Shown piece by piece: positions 8,429 through 17,439 of a DNA stretch of 64,000 bases (its first letter is position 1; every line of letters begins with the position of its first letter). The notes beneath the pieces were generated by a model. That model was not told the DNA's origin, ran no database searches, and saw only the letters and a program-made list of their open reading frames with translations. Source of the stretch: a virus (Duplodnaviria; Heunggongvirae; Uroviricota; Caudoviricetes); the IMG/VR virus record IMGVR_UViG_3300035522_000061, positions 1 to 64,000 of that record; one strand, 5' to 3'. The position numbers were made by a program, and so were the translations under genes.

Positions 8429-8495
8429 TCCTTATAGCTTAACTGGATAAAGCGCAATATAGTATTGAGTTTTGGGTTCGAATCCCAATAAGGAA
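8429..8495 (+). tRNA. tRNA-like gene (degenerate anticodon arm)
   Basis: Acceptor TCCTTAT/ATAAGGA. D-arm GCTT...AAGC. T-arm TGGG-TTCGAAT-CCCA. The anticodon arm has only a 4-bp stem and a 5-nt loop. Confidence 0.35.
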
Positions 8496-8513
8496 ACAAT
8501 AATATTTTAGATT

Positions 8514-9023
8514 ATGAAGAAGATTTTACAGATTTTAGTATTTTTTACATTAAATGGGTATGCTCAACAAGTGTCTGTTAAAGGACATGAATTTATCAAA
8601 GAGCATGAAGGATTAATTCTTACTGTTGATGCAAGAAATCAAATTGGATATGGACATCTTAATAAAAAAGGTGAATCATATAAAAGAATAACTAAAGCTA
8701 AAGCAGAGCAATTATTTGTTCAAGATATTACAGAAGTTAATAATGCTATTAGTAGGCTCTTAAAAGAACTTCCTAAAGTTAAATATACTCAAGGTTTTAT
8801 TGACGGTTTAGGAAGTTTAATTTATAATTGCGGTGAATATGGGGTAGCAAGTTCAGAATTCTATCGTAGATTATCAAATTGTAGAGTTTCTAATGGCACT
8901 TTTAATATCCAAGATTTTGAATTTACATTAGCAGCAGTGAAATCCTTAAGATGTCCAACAAAAGGACATAAGTTAAGAAGAAACAGAGAATATAAATTGA
9001 TGCGTAATGGCATCTATAATTAA
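8514..9023 (+). CDS. GH24 (T4-type) lysozyme with N-terminal signal peptide, putative endolysin
   Basis: EHEGL...TVDARNQIGYGHL matches the T4 lysozyme catalytic E...D...T(I)GYGH region. The N-terminus MKKILQILVFFTLNGYAQQ resembles a signal or SAR sequence. Confidence 0.55.
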   Translation: MKKILQILVFFTLNGYAQQVSVKGHEFIKEHEGLILTVDARNQIGYGHLNKKGESYKRITKAKAEQLFVQDITEVNNAISRLLKELPKVKYTQGFIDGLGSLIYNCGEYGVASSEFYRRLSNCRVSNGTFNIQDFEFTLAAVKSLRCPTKGHKLRRNREYKLMRNGIYN

Positions 9024-9172
9024 CATTTTAAAATTAAAGATTATGAAAAGACTCAAAAAATTCGTTAAGTGGTATTTCGAGAATGCACCTTATGCTATGA
9101 TGCCATCTGGTTTTATTCCTTACAGTATTAGTGACAATCGTCATTAATACTTTTTTGAGCTGTAAAAATTAA

Positions 9173-10768
9173 ATGATTATGTTTGACAAAAAATTAACAA
9201 ATCTCTTTGATGAGTCTATTGATGTAAAAAATCAATATGAAACAGTTTCAGAAAACGGAGCTGTAAAATATTCAACTTCTGGAAATGCTTTTATAGATAA
9301 TTTTGCTAGTATTGGTTCTTTTAGAGATCCTAGAGCATATTCTGAAGTAGCTAATGACATGGAACTTTTATGGAATGTAGATCCTTTAAAGTGTCTTAAA
9401 TTAGCAGTTTATATCCGAATGATTACAAGAGCTACTAAAAATGATGATGAAATATTAGAAGTACAAAAAGGACAAGGATTGAAAAATGAGGGCATTCTAA
9501 GAATAATCTGGATTGCAATTAATCATCCTAATACTTTTAAATCTAATATTTCTATATTTATATTAGCGGGTTCTTGGAAAGATATTTTCACAATGCTAAA
9601 TTTAGATTTACAATATCATGGTTGGAATAATCGTGTTTTAGATTGGAATTTTATGCTAGGAGTTATTCAAGCTGGATTAAGTAATAAAAATTGTACTAAT
9701 CTTGTTAGAAAATATCTTCCTACTATAAAGACTAATTCTAAAGCAACTACAATAAAATCACAAGCAGATACTATAATAGGCAGATGGATAGCTAAAAGTT
9801 TATTTAATTCTAAAGAATCTTTTAAAGAATATAGAAAACTTAAAAGTAAAGGTTCTGCTCATAAATGGCAGCAATTAATATCTAAACGATTATTTGATAA
9901 AATAGATTTTAATTCCGTTTCTGGGCGTGCTTTATCCCTTTTAGTTAATTCTAAATTTTTAGAAAATCAAAATCTTTCTAACAAATACTTAGAATGGATT
10001 AAAAATCAACCTATAGCTAAATATACTGGATATGTATTTGAACTCTTTAAACCTTGTGAAAATGTTACCCAAGTTCCAGAATATGTAAAGTACACTATTA
10101 ATGCACAATTCAAGAATTTATTGCAAGAATCTCCTTCTAAATTATTAGTTGTTAGAGATACTTCAGGTTCTATGATGAGTATGGTTCCTGGTTGTAAAGT
10201 AACTGCATTTACCATTGCTAAAGCTCTTGCATTATATTTTTCAACTGCTTTAACAGGTAAATTTAAAGATACTTATGCCGAATTTAATGATACTTGTGTT
10301 TTACACAAATGGAAAGGTTTAACTCCCGTTGATAAATATTTAAATGACACGCACTATAGCATTGGAAATACTAATTTTCAAAGTGTTATTGATTTGTTTA
10401 TTAACATGAAAATGCTTGGTTGTACATCTTTTCCAGAAGGTATTCTTTGCATTTCAGACGGGCAATTTGATAGTTGTGGTACTGTTTCTAATTTTAATAA
10501 GGCAATTGATAGACTTAGAAGAGCTGGATTTGATAAAGAATATATAGATAATTTTAAAATTATACTATGGGATATTCCAACTTGGACATCTTCTAAACCT
10601 AAGTTTGAAGATTTTGCAGATGCTCCCAATTTTTATCATTTGTCTGGATATGATCCTTCTATTATATCATTTATATTAGGAACTAAGAAGAAAAGTACTC
10701 CTAAAAACGCATTAGAATTGTTTGAATCTGCTATGGATCAAGAACTTCTTAATAGGTTAACAATATAA
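9173..10768 (+). CDS. large protein with vWA-like domain (DxSxS MIDAS motif)
   Basis: 531 aa. VVRDTSGSMMS is a MIDAS-like motif followed by an alpha/beta region. No other domain recognised. Confidence 0.4.
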   Translation: MIMFDKKLTNLFDESIDVKNQYETVSENGAVKYSTSGNAFIDNFASIGSFRDPRAYSEVANDMELLWNVDPLKCLKLAVYIRMITRATKNDDEILEVQKGQGLKNEGILRIIWIAINHPNTFKSNISIFILAGSWKDIFTMLNLDLQYHGWNNRVLDWNFMLGVIQAGLSNKNCTNLVRKYLPTIKTNSKATTIKSQADTIIGRWIAKSLFNSKESFKEYRKLKSKGSAHKWQQLISKRLFDKIDFNSVSGRALSLLVNSKFLENQNLSNKYLEWIKNQPIAKYTGYVFELFKPCENVTQVPEYVKYTINAQFKNLLQESPSKLLVVRDTSGSMMSMVPGCKVTAFTIAKALALYFSTALTGKFKDTYAEFNDTCVLHKWKGLTPVDKYLNDTHYSIGNTNFQSVIDLFINMKMLGCTSFPEGILCISDGQFDSCGTVSNFNKAIDRLRRAGFDKEYIDNFKIILWDIPTWTSSKPKFEDFADAPNFYHLSGYDPSIISFILGTKKKSTPKNALELFESAMDQELLNRLTI

Positions 10769-10826
10769 ATACAGTGGGTTTGAAAAACAAATTAGAGCGT
10801 CCCACCTTAAAAAATCAGCTTAATGT

Positions 10827-11120
10827 GTGGTTTATCCGACCTTAAGGATTTTAGATTTAAAAGATAAAAGTTTATATAAATATGAAGAATTTGAGTTTAC
10901 AGTGGATAGTGTCGATACTATTTATGAAAGAGTATTAAGAAATTTACATCTTGTTAGATGTCCACTTAGGAAGTATAATGATTTAACATATTATGATTTA
11001 GCAACTGAAATTCAATGCTATTTTAATATTATGGTAGGCCAAGATGTAATTAAAGAACTTTTAAAAGAAGGTTCGCATCATAAAGTAAAAGATTATATAC
11101 GAGAACAGATGTGGAATTAG
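10827..11120 (+). CDS. hypothetical protein
   Basis: 97-aa ORF. Confidence 0.4.
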   Translation: MVYPTLRILDLKDKSLYKYEEFEFTVDSVDTIYERVLRNLHLVRCPLRKYNDLTYYDLATEIQCYFNIMVGQDVIKELLKEGSHHKVKDYIREQMWN

Positions 11121-11422
11121 AAATATTATTTATAATTACCATGCAATACAAAACATTAACAATAGATTCTGATAGAAAGTTATGTTTAATTGATGAAGAA
11201 GAAATTCCCCTCTCTAAAAAGGAATATGAATTATTAACTTTTTTATTAGAACATCCAAATTATGTACATTCTAGGGGAACTTTGATTAAAGAAATTTGGA
11301 AAAGCCCCACATCTTTAAGAACAGTAGATACTACAATTTCTAGACTGCGGAAGAAGATAAAAGAGTATAGTTCCAATATAACAACTAGACTTGGTTTTGG
11401 ATATTGTTTTAACACAAAATAA
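11111..11422 (+). CDS. OmpR/PhoB-type winged-helix DNA-binding protein (no receiver domain)
   Basis: LSKKEYELLTFLLEHPNYVHSRGTLIKEIW...LRTVDTTISRLRKKI fits the trans_reg_C consensus. Confidence 0.55.
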   Translation: MELEILFIITMQYKTLTIDSDRKLCLIDEEEIPLSKKEYELLTFLLEHPNYVHSRGTLIKEIWKSPTSLRTVDTTISRLRKKIKEYSSNITTRLGFGYCFNTK

Positions 11423-11423
11423 T

Positions 11424-11912
11424 ATGGACATATATTACATAATAGGAATATTTTCCTATTGTACTTTTATAATACAATTTATTGCTGCCTTAGCTCTAGG
11501 AGATATTGATCTTGATATTGATCTTGATGGTAATATAGATTTTAATGTAAGTGATTTGTGTTCATTTAAAGGACTAATTCATTTCTTAATGGGTTATTCT
11601 GGGTGGATTATTTTAACAAATTCTACTACATTACTTAATAATATTATAGCTATTGCAATAGGTTTAATATTTGTAGTTATTTTATATTACATTTATAGAT
11701 TTATTTTAAAATTAAACTATGAACCTGTTTCTAAATCGGGAAAAGACTTGATAGGTACTAAGGTAACCGTTTATTTAACAATGGCAGATCCTTATAAATG
11801 TATTTGTATCGTAAATGGCTCTTGTGAAATAAATTGTATATCACGAGATCCCGTTAGTGCCGGAGACATCAGAACTATTCTTAATTATAGGGATGGTATT
11901 TATTTTATCTAA
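11424..11912 (+). CDS. NfeD-like membrane protein (membrane anchor plus C-terminal OB-fold)
   Basis: Multiple TM helices followed by a beta-rich C-terminal domain. Sits immediately upstream of flotillin, as in nfeD-floT operons. Start moved to the second Met so it does not overlap the upstream gene. Confidence 0.5.
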   Translation: MDIYYIIGIFSYCTFIIQFIAALALGDIDLDIDLDGNIDFNVSDLCSFKGLIHFLMGYSGWIILTNSTTLLNNIIAIAIGLIFVVILYYIYRFILKLNYEPVSKSGKDLIGTKVTVYLTMADPYKCICIVNGSCEINCISRDPVSAGDIRTILNYRDGIYFI

Positions 11913-11923
11913 AAAACTTTTAA

Positions 11924-13852
11924 ATGTTACAAACTAGTTTTATTGTTGCAGGAATTCTTGTAGTTCTTGTAGTGTTGACCGTAATTGGTCTAATGTCGCG
12001 TTATCGTAGATGCGCAAGTGATGAAATTCTTGTAGTATTTGGTAAAGCTGGAAAGAAAACCCAGATTAATCCAGAAACTGGCAAGAGCGAAACAGTTGTT
12101 TTGCCTTCTAAAATTATTCATGGCGGAGGTACATTTGTATTTCCGATTATTCAAGATTGGCAAAAAATGTCTTTAACTCCTATACAGATTCAAACTTCTG
12201 TAGTTGGAGTATCTAGCCAAATGATTAAAGTAACTATTCCTGTAACATTAACTACTGGTATTGGTACTACTCAGGAGCTTATGCAAAATGCTGCTAGTCG
12301 TTTCTTAAATGCTGAATTAGAAGAAATTGCTAATCAAATTAAGGATATTCTTATTGGTGAAATGCGTAGTCTTATGGCTACTATGACCATTGAAGAAATT
12401 AATGCTGATCGCGGTAAATTCTTAGGTAAAGCAAAAGAGAACATTGAAACTGAAATTAATAAAGTAGGTTTCACTATTATTAATATTAATAATGCAGATA
12501 TTTCTGATGATGCAAATTATATTAAGAATTTAGGTAAGAAAGCAGCCACTAAAGCTCAAGCTCAAGCAGAAGCAGATATTGCAGAAGAAGAAAAGAAGGG
12601 TCAAATTCAAATTGCCGAAACTAACAAGGAAAGGGAAATTGCTGTTGCTAGTGCTGAAAAAGAGCGTGCTACTCAAGTAGCTCAGACTCAGCAAGAGCAG
12701 GAAGTAAGAGTAGCTGAAATTAATCAGGATAAGCAAATTAAATTGGCAGAAGCTGAAAAGATTAAGACTACTGGAGTCGCAGAACAACAAGCTGAACAGG
12801 CTGCTAATGTAGCTAATGCTAAAACTAAAGCAATAACTGCACAAGCAGAAGCAGATGCGATTAAAGAAGCTAATGTTGCTAAAGCAGAATCTGAAGCTGA
12901 ATCAGCTAAAGCAGCTAGAAAAGCAGAAGCTATTGCGTCAGTAGCCAAGTCTAATTCAGAAGCAGAATCTGCAAAAGCAGAAGCAGAAGCTCAGAAACAA
13001 ATTAGAATTGCTAAAGCACAGCAAGAAAAAGAAGCTGAAACTCAAAAAGCAATTAATGACCAGCAAGCTAAAGTTGCAGAGTATGAATCTACTAAGAGAC
13101 AGAAAGCAGCAGAAGCTAATAAGAAAGCTGGAGTAGCAGAGCAACGCGCAACTATTGAAGTAGCACAAGCTAAAGGAGAAGCAGCCAAAGCAGAAGCAGA
13201 AGCAATAAAAGTTGCTGGTACTTCTAAAGTAGAGGCTCAAATGTCAATTGCTAAAATTGAACAAGAGAAACAAATAGAAGTAAACGAAGCTAAAGCTTTA
13301 GCAGAACAAGCTAAATTGAATGCTGAAGTTATTGTTCCAGCTGAAACTGAGAAGGAGAAAATTCGTATTGAAGCTGAAGCGATTAAACAAAAAGCTATTC
13401 TAGAAGCACAGGCAGAAGCAGAAGCTATTCGAACTAAAGCTTATGCTGAAGCAAATGCTACTCAAACTAAGTTAGAAGCAGAAGCAGAGGGTACTAAAAA
13501 GAAACTTTTAGCAGAAGCAGAGGGTAAAAGAGCTTCTTTAATGGCTGAGGCAGATAAGGTACAAGCTATTGAGATGGCTCCTGCGCTTGCTGTTAAGCAA
13601 ATGATTGAAGCTGGATTGACTCCTGAACTTGTTGTAAATTATAAAACAGTAGATCAATTAGCAGATATTGCTACAGCACAAGCTAAGATATATGAGCATA
13701 TTCAGCTTGGTCAAGTTACTGTTTATGGTGGTGAAAATACTGCTGGTAACTTTATGTCTAATATGGCTAAGAATCTCAGTCCTGCAATGGATATTCTTGG
13801 TAATTTGCCTATTGCAGATACTGTTAAGAAAGTGTTTGGAAGTACTAAATAA
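11924..13852 (+). CDS. flotillin-like SPFH/band-7 protein with long Ala/Glu/Lys-rich (EA-repeat) coiled coil
   Basis: N-terminal TM helix, SPFH domain (ILVVFGKAGKK...IPVTLTTGIG...MTIEEINADR), then ~350 aa of AEAEA/KAEAE repeats. The C-terminus resembles bacterial FloT/YqiK. Confidence 0.75.
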   Translation: MLQTSFIVAGILVVLVVLTVIGLMSRYRRCASDEILVVFGKAGKKTQINPETGKSETVVLPSKIIHGGGTFVFPIIQDWQKMSLTPIQIQTSVVGVSSQMIKVTIPVTLTTGIGTTQELMQNAASRFLNAELEEIANQIKDILIGEMRSLMATMTIEEINADRGKFLGKAKENIETEINKVGFTIININNADISDDANYIKNLGKKAATKAQAQAEADIAEEEKKGQIQIAETNKEREIAVASAEKERATQVAQTQQEQEVRVAEINQDKQIKLAEAEKIKTTGVAEQQAEQAANVANAKTKAITAQAEADAIKEANVAKAESEAESAKAARKAEAIASVAKSNSEAESAKAEAEAQKQIRIAKAQQEKEAETQKAINDQQAKVAEYESTKRQKAAEANKKAGVAEQRATIEVAQAKGEAAKAEAEAIKVAGTSKVEAQMSIAKIEQEKQIEVNEAKALAEQAKLNAEVIVPAETEKEKIRIEAEAIKQKAILEAQAEAEAIRTKAYAEANATQTKLEAEAEGTKKKLLAEAEGKRASLMAEADKVQAIEMAPALAVKQMIEAGLTPELVVNYKTVDQLADIATAQAKIYEHIQLGQVTVYGGENTAGNFMSNMAKNLSPAMDILGNLPIADTVKKVFGSTK

Positions 13853-13857
13853 TTATA

Positions 13858-13892
13858 CTGGAGGGACTTTTATAGTTCCTCCATTTTTGTTT
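13858..13892 (+). terminator. rho-independent terminator after the flotillin gene
   Basis: GGAGGGACTTTTATAGTTCCTCC followed by ATTTTTGTTT. Confidence 0.55.
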
Positions 13893-13897
13893 AAAAT

Positions 13898-14299
13898 ATG
13901 AATAAAGAATATACGATTAAAGGAGAAAATCTTCAATTAGAATATAACGAAGTAAATGGAAATCCCCAATATATTATCACTGATTTAAAACAGGAATTTC
14001 CAAGAGATATTAGTAAAGTTTCAATTTCTGCAACCGACGAAAAAAGTATTAGACTTTTTAAAGAAATTCTAGGTATCTATCAAGCATGGAAAGAAATTTG
14101 GTCAAAGTATGATAAATTTGATATTTTAACATGTGCTATTACTAAAAATCATGCTTGTGAAGTATGCAAAATTGATAGATACGATCCTTTGTTTAATTAT
14201 GCGTGGTTGAAATTTCCTACTGCTAGAATTAGAGAAGATTTTTATCAAATTTTTGAGCCAAACTTAAAGAGATTAGTATATATCTTTAACACTTTTTAA
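13898..14299 (+). CDS. hypothetical protein
   Basis: 133-aa ORF. Confidence 0.45.
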   Translation: MNKEYTIKGENLQLEYNEVNGNPQYIITDLKQEFPRDISKVSISATDEKSIRLFKEILGIYQAWKEIWSKYDKFDILTCAITKNHACEVCKIDRYDPLFNYAWLKFPTARIREDFYQIFEPNLKRLVYIFNTF

Positions 14300-14343
14300 C
14301 TTGGGGAATAAATAAATTTTTCGTAGTATTGCAATACGAAAGG

Positions 14344-14429
14344 GGCGAAATGATGAAAGTTGGTAAACATAGGGGACTTAAAATCCCCCGATCATTATGA
14401 TCTTGCGGGTTCGAGTCCCGCTTTCGCTA
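14344..14429 (+). tRNA. tRNA-Leu (anticodon TAA), type II
   Basis: Acceptor GGCGAAA/TTTCGCT. Anticodon stem GGGGA/TCCCC with loop CTTAAAA. Long variable-arm hairpin GATCAT-TATG-ATC. T-arm GCGGG-TTCGAGT-CCCGC. Preceded by the palindrome GTATTGCAATAC. Confidence 0.7.
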
Positions 14430-14454
14430 CAATATAATTTAAATTAAATAAAAA

Positions 14455-15051
14455 ATGAATTTAATAGCAACTCACAATTCAGGTACTGGAGAATCTTCTA
14501 AGAATATTCTATATAGCTTATTAATTCCATTTGCCAGAACTCAATCTAAAACATTGAGAGACCAAGTATTATCTGGATGTACCTATTTTGATATAAGAAT
14601 TAAATATGATGGGTATATGGATATTGGTAGATTTAGGGTATGTCACGGATTATGGAAGTCTAAATGTACTTTTTCAGATGCTTTAAATAGTATTTTATAC
14701 GCTTTAGGTGGTTCTGATAATGTAAATTTAATGGTGACTTATGAAGGTAAACTTCCTGAATTTATTACGGAATCTGTGTTTATAGAAGATATAAAAAATT
14801 TCGTAGATAGTTATATCAGTAGTTATGATGGATATGTTTTTGGAACATTTAATCTAACTTCTATTAATGTAAAGAAACCAGAATGGCATTCGATATGGCA
14901 AGGAGAATATTGTCCTAAATATGAACAAGGATATAAAAATTTAGATGGTTCTTCTTGGCATACTTATTTACCTATCCCTTGGTTATGGAATAAATTTTAT
15001 GGAAACCATAATTTTAAGGAGAATTCTTATGTATTTGTAGATTTTTTATAA
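14455..15051 (+). CDS. PI-PLC X-domain-like phosphodiesterase
   Basis: ATHNSGTGE, TLRDQVLSGCTYFDIRIKYD and RVCHG resemble the PLC-X catalytic signature (HNSY ... Q.L..GvRylDlR ... HG). Confidence 0.4.
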   Translation: MNLIATHNSGTGESSKNILYSLLIPFARTQSKTLRDQVLSGCTYFDIRIKYDGYMDIGRFRVCHGLWKSKCTFSDALNSILYALGGSDNVNLMVTYEGKLPEFITESVFIEDIKNFVDSYISSYDGYVFGTFNLTSINVKKPEWHSIWQGEYCPKYEQGYKNLDGSSWHTYLPIPWLWNKFYGNHNFKENSYVFVDFL

Positions 15052-15065
15052 TAATTTAAAATAAG

Positions 15066-15485
15066 ATGGATTTGACAAAAATTTTAAAAGATGCAAAAAG
15101 TGATTTATTATTGTATTCCCCATTATTCGGGGATGTTTTATTTAAAAGCATACAAAATTCCTCAACTATAATAGTTCAAACATTATCTGGAAAAGAATAC
15201 TCTTTTACTAAAGAGGGGACTATTGTAGGATTAGATGAGACCTTATGTATGTTATTTCCTTCTAAAGAAATACAATCTTGGGATAAATTTAAACTTCCTA
15301 GATGGAGAGCTGCAGAGGATCTAGAATTTTATTATTATGTAGAATCTACTGGTATAATTACAGGAGAAACTGATTCAAATGATTTATTAGATACTCTTAG
15401 ATGGAAATCTGGAAATTATTTTAAAACTAAAAAAGCAGCAAAAAGAAGTAGATTTTATAAAGTGTTTATTAAGAAATATAATTAA
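15066..15485 (+). CDS. hypothetical protein
   Basis: 139-aa ORF. Confidence 0.45.
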   Translation: MDLTKILKDAKSDLLLYSPLFGDVLFKSIQNSSTIIVQTLSGKEYSFTKEGTIVGLDETLCMLFPSKEIQSWDKFKLPRWRAAEDLEFYYYVESTGIITGETDSNDLLDTLRWKSGNYFKTKKAAKRSRFYKVFIKKYN

Positions 15486-15730
15486 TGCAATATGAAATAG
15501 TAATTTGTCAATGTGAAAATGTGGAACATCAAATATTATTTAGTTATATAGACAATATGGTATTTATGCAAATTTATTTAAAACCTGAAAAGAATATTTT
15601 AAAAAGAATTTGGATAGCTATATTATATATATTTAATTATCGTTCTAATGGGCACTTTGATGAAATTATACTAAAGAAAGAAGATTCTTCTAAATTTTAT
15701 AATATAGCTAAATATTTAGAAGATGCTTAA
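15485..15730 (+). CDS. hypothetical protein
   Basis: 81-aa ORF. Confidence 0.4.
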   Translation: MQYEIVICQCENVEHQILFSYIDNMVFMQIYLKPEKNILKRIWIAILYIFNYRSNGHFDEIILKKEDSSKFYNIAKYLEDA

Positions 15731-16136
15731 CTATAATATTTATACGGATGGTGCCTATTCCTCTTCTAGAAATCAAGGGGGAATAGGCATTGTCATTCTT
15801 AGGGGTGATAAAAAAATATTAGAATATTCTCATATGTATAGAAATACTAGTAATAATAAAATGGAATTAGGAGCCATTATACTAGCATTTAGAATGATTC
15901 ATAAACCAATTGATTCTTTAACTATTTATTCCGATTCTCAATACTGTATAGGATGTGCAATTAAAGGATGGAAACGTAAAAAGAACTTGACACTATGGAA
16001 AGAATTTGATTTACAATATGAAAGAGTTTCTAAACTTTGCTTTAATATTTCTTTTATTCATGTAAAAGGACATGCAGGTGATAAATATAATGAATTAGTA
16101 GATAAATTAGCAGTAAAAGCAAGTCAAGAGATTTAA
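15723..16136 (+). CDS. rnhA: ribonuclease HI
   Basis: YTDGAYSS, ELGAIILAF, YSDSQY and KGHAGDKYNELVDKLA match the RNase H D-E-D-H-D catalytic pattern. Confidence 0.7.
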   Translation: MLNYNIYTDGAYSSSRNQGGIGIVILRGDKKILEYSHMYRNTSNNKMELGAIILAFRMIHKPIDSLTIYSDSQYCIGCAIKGWKRKKNLTLWKEFDLQYERVSKLCFNISFIHVKGHAGDKYNELVDKLAVKASQEI

Positions 16137-16287
16137 TAACATTTTAAATTTTAAAATATATGAAGTATCGTAAAAAAGTAGAAAACTTGAAGTTGGCGCA
16201 ATCCTGGTGGGATAAGTTGCCCGAGAAAGTTAAATCTGCGACTAAGCGTCCAGGTAGTGTTAAACAACGTATTATAACAGGAAGTCG

Positions 16288-16560
16288 ATGATTATTGAAG
16301 AAAAGGATTTTAAATTAATACCAGTTAACGAATGTAGTGACAAATTTAATCTAGAACTTCTTTATATTGTAAATAAAGGTAAAAGCAATGAAAAGCAGGA
16401 ATTTAAAAATGCTGCTTACGGAATTAGATTAGACTCTGCCATTCGTAAAATTGCTAATTTTAGGATTACTAATAAATGCCCTGATATTATAGATTTGAAA
16501 ACCTATCTAAAAGAGTATCGAATTATTCTAGCAGAAATAACAAAATTATGCGTGGGATGA
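16288..16560 (+). CDS. hypothetical protein
   Basis: 90-aa ORF. Confidence 0.4.
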   Translation: MIIEEKDFKLIPVNECSDKFNLELLYIVNKGKSNEKQEFKNAAYGIRLDSAIRKIANFRITNKCPDIIDLKTYLKEYRIILAEITKLCVG

Positions 16561-17015
16561 ACCTTCGAAAATTAGTAGACTCCTTAAATTTGTTCTGCGA
16601 TTGTCTGAATTCTAGTTATGATATAAATTGTGGAGGCTGCTGTTTTTTAGCTTATGTGCTAGCTAAACATTTTGATAAAATAGGTATAAAGTATGATTTA
16701 GTTGTCTTTAATGATTCCACTAAGAATCAACAAAGTATTACTGAAGAAATTACTAATTTTCGTTCCAATACTTGTTCTCCAGATTCTATTACAGGGAGAA
16801 ATACTTGTATACATTATTGCTTGCAGGTAGATGGGATTGGAATGATAAATGCTAATAGTGATTATTGTCTTTTTAAATACGACATTAAAGGAATAAACTC
16901 TAAAAATATATGTTGGATTTATAAAACTGGTTCTTGGAATCAAATTTATGATGTAAAACATAATAAAACTGTTGATAATATACTAAAACATTTTTTTAAA
17001 GAATATGAACAATAA
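16548..17015 (+). CDS. putative papain-fold Cys/His peptidase-like protein
   Basis: NCGGCCFLAYVL is a candidate nucleophile Cys at a helix N-terminus, with a downstream CIHYCLQVDG His. No closer family assignment is possible. Confidence 0.3.
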   Translation: MRGMNLRKLVDSLNLFCDCLNSSYDINCGGCCFLAYVLAKHFDKIGIKYDLVVFNDSTKNQQSITEEITNFRSNTCSPDSITGRNTCIHYCLQVDGIGMINANSDYCLFKYDIKGINSKNICWIYKTGSWNQIYDVKHNKTVDNILKHFFKEYEQ

Positions 17016-17439
17016 CAAAAAGACAAACAAGCGCGAAGACGATCGCTGGGTTGATGTGCACAATGATGCACTTATGGTAGAATTGGGAATTAGACCTAAG
17101 GATAGAGAGCCTAGAGATAAAAGTGTCTGGACAAAAACATCTCAAGAGACTAAACTCTTAAAAAAGCTAAGACGCCAATTTAAGCATATTAATGGGCATT
17201 TTCATAATATTCCACAAAAGCATATTCCAGTATGGGGTAAGCTAATAATTTATTTGTTTAAGAATAATAAATTTAGTAAATCTACATACTCAACTAAATG
17301 TTGGCAACATGATATTCCAAATATTATTTCTTCATACACAGTTAGAAGTAAAGATTCTTTTAAAAATGTTGTAATGAAATATAGCTGGAATGGTAAAACT
17401 TATAATAGTAATGAATTTCCTTATTGGGGAGTAAAATAA
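17005..17439 (+). CDS. hypothetical basic protein
   Basis: 144 aa, Lys/Arg-rich. Confidence 0.4.
   Translation: MNNNKKTNKREDDRWVDVHNDALMVELGIRPKDREPRDKSVWTKTSQETKLLKKLRRQFKHINGHFHNIPQKHIPVWGKLIIYLFKNNKFSKSTYSTKCWQHDIPNIISSYTVRSKDSFKNVVMKYSWNGKTYNSNEFPYWGVK

Larger units (their letters stand above)
5720..8500 (+). tRNA. tRNA gene array (several tRNAs and tRNA-like elements; individual members listed separately)
   Basis: Nine canonical T-loops (GTTCGAATC, GTTCGATTC or GTTCAAATC) found by eye (5778, 5846, 5953, 6097, 6268, 6596, 6916, 7636, 8477) with complementary acceptor 7-mers, in a 2.8-kb region lacking credible ORFs. Confidence 0.7.

Noticed and set aside
12530-13240. Three antisense ORFs (12530..12844, 12724..12948, 12956..13240) opposite the flotillin gene
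   Set aside because: They are created by the GCAGAAGCAGAAGC nucleotide periodicity of the EA-repeat region. The translations are poly-Ser/Leu/Phe/Cys low-complexity strings.
16190-16290. Possible tRNA or ncRNA between RNase H and the next gene (GC-richer stretch with TTGGCGCAATCCTGGTGGG)
   Set aside because: No T-loop consensus and no consistent acceptor or anticodon stems could be folded by eye. It remains unexplained but is not callable.
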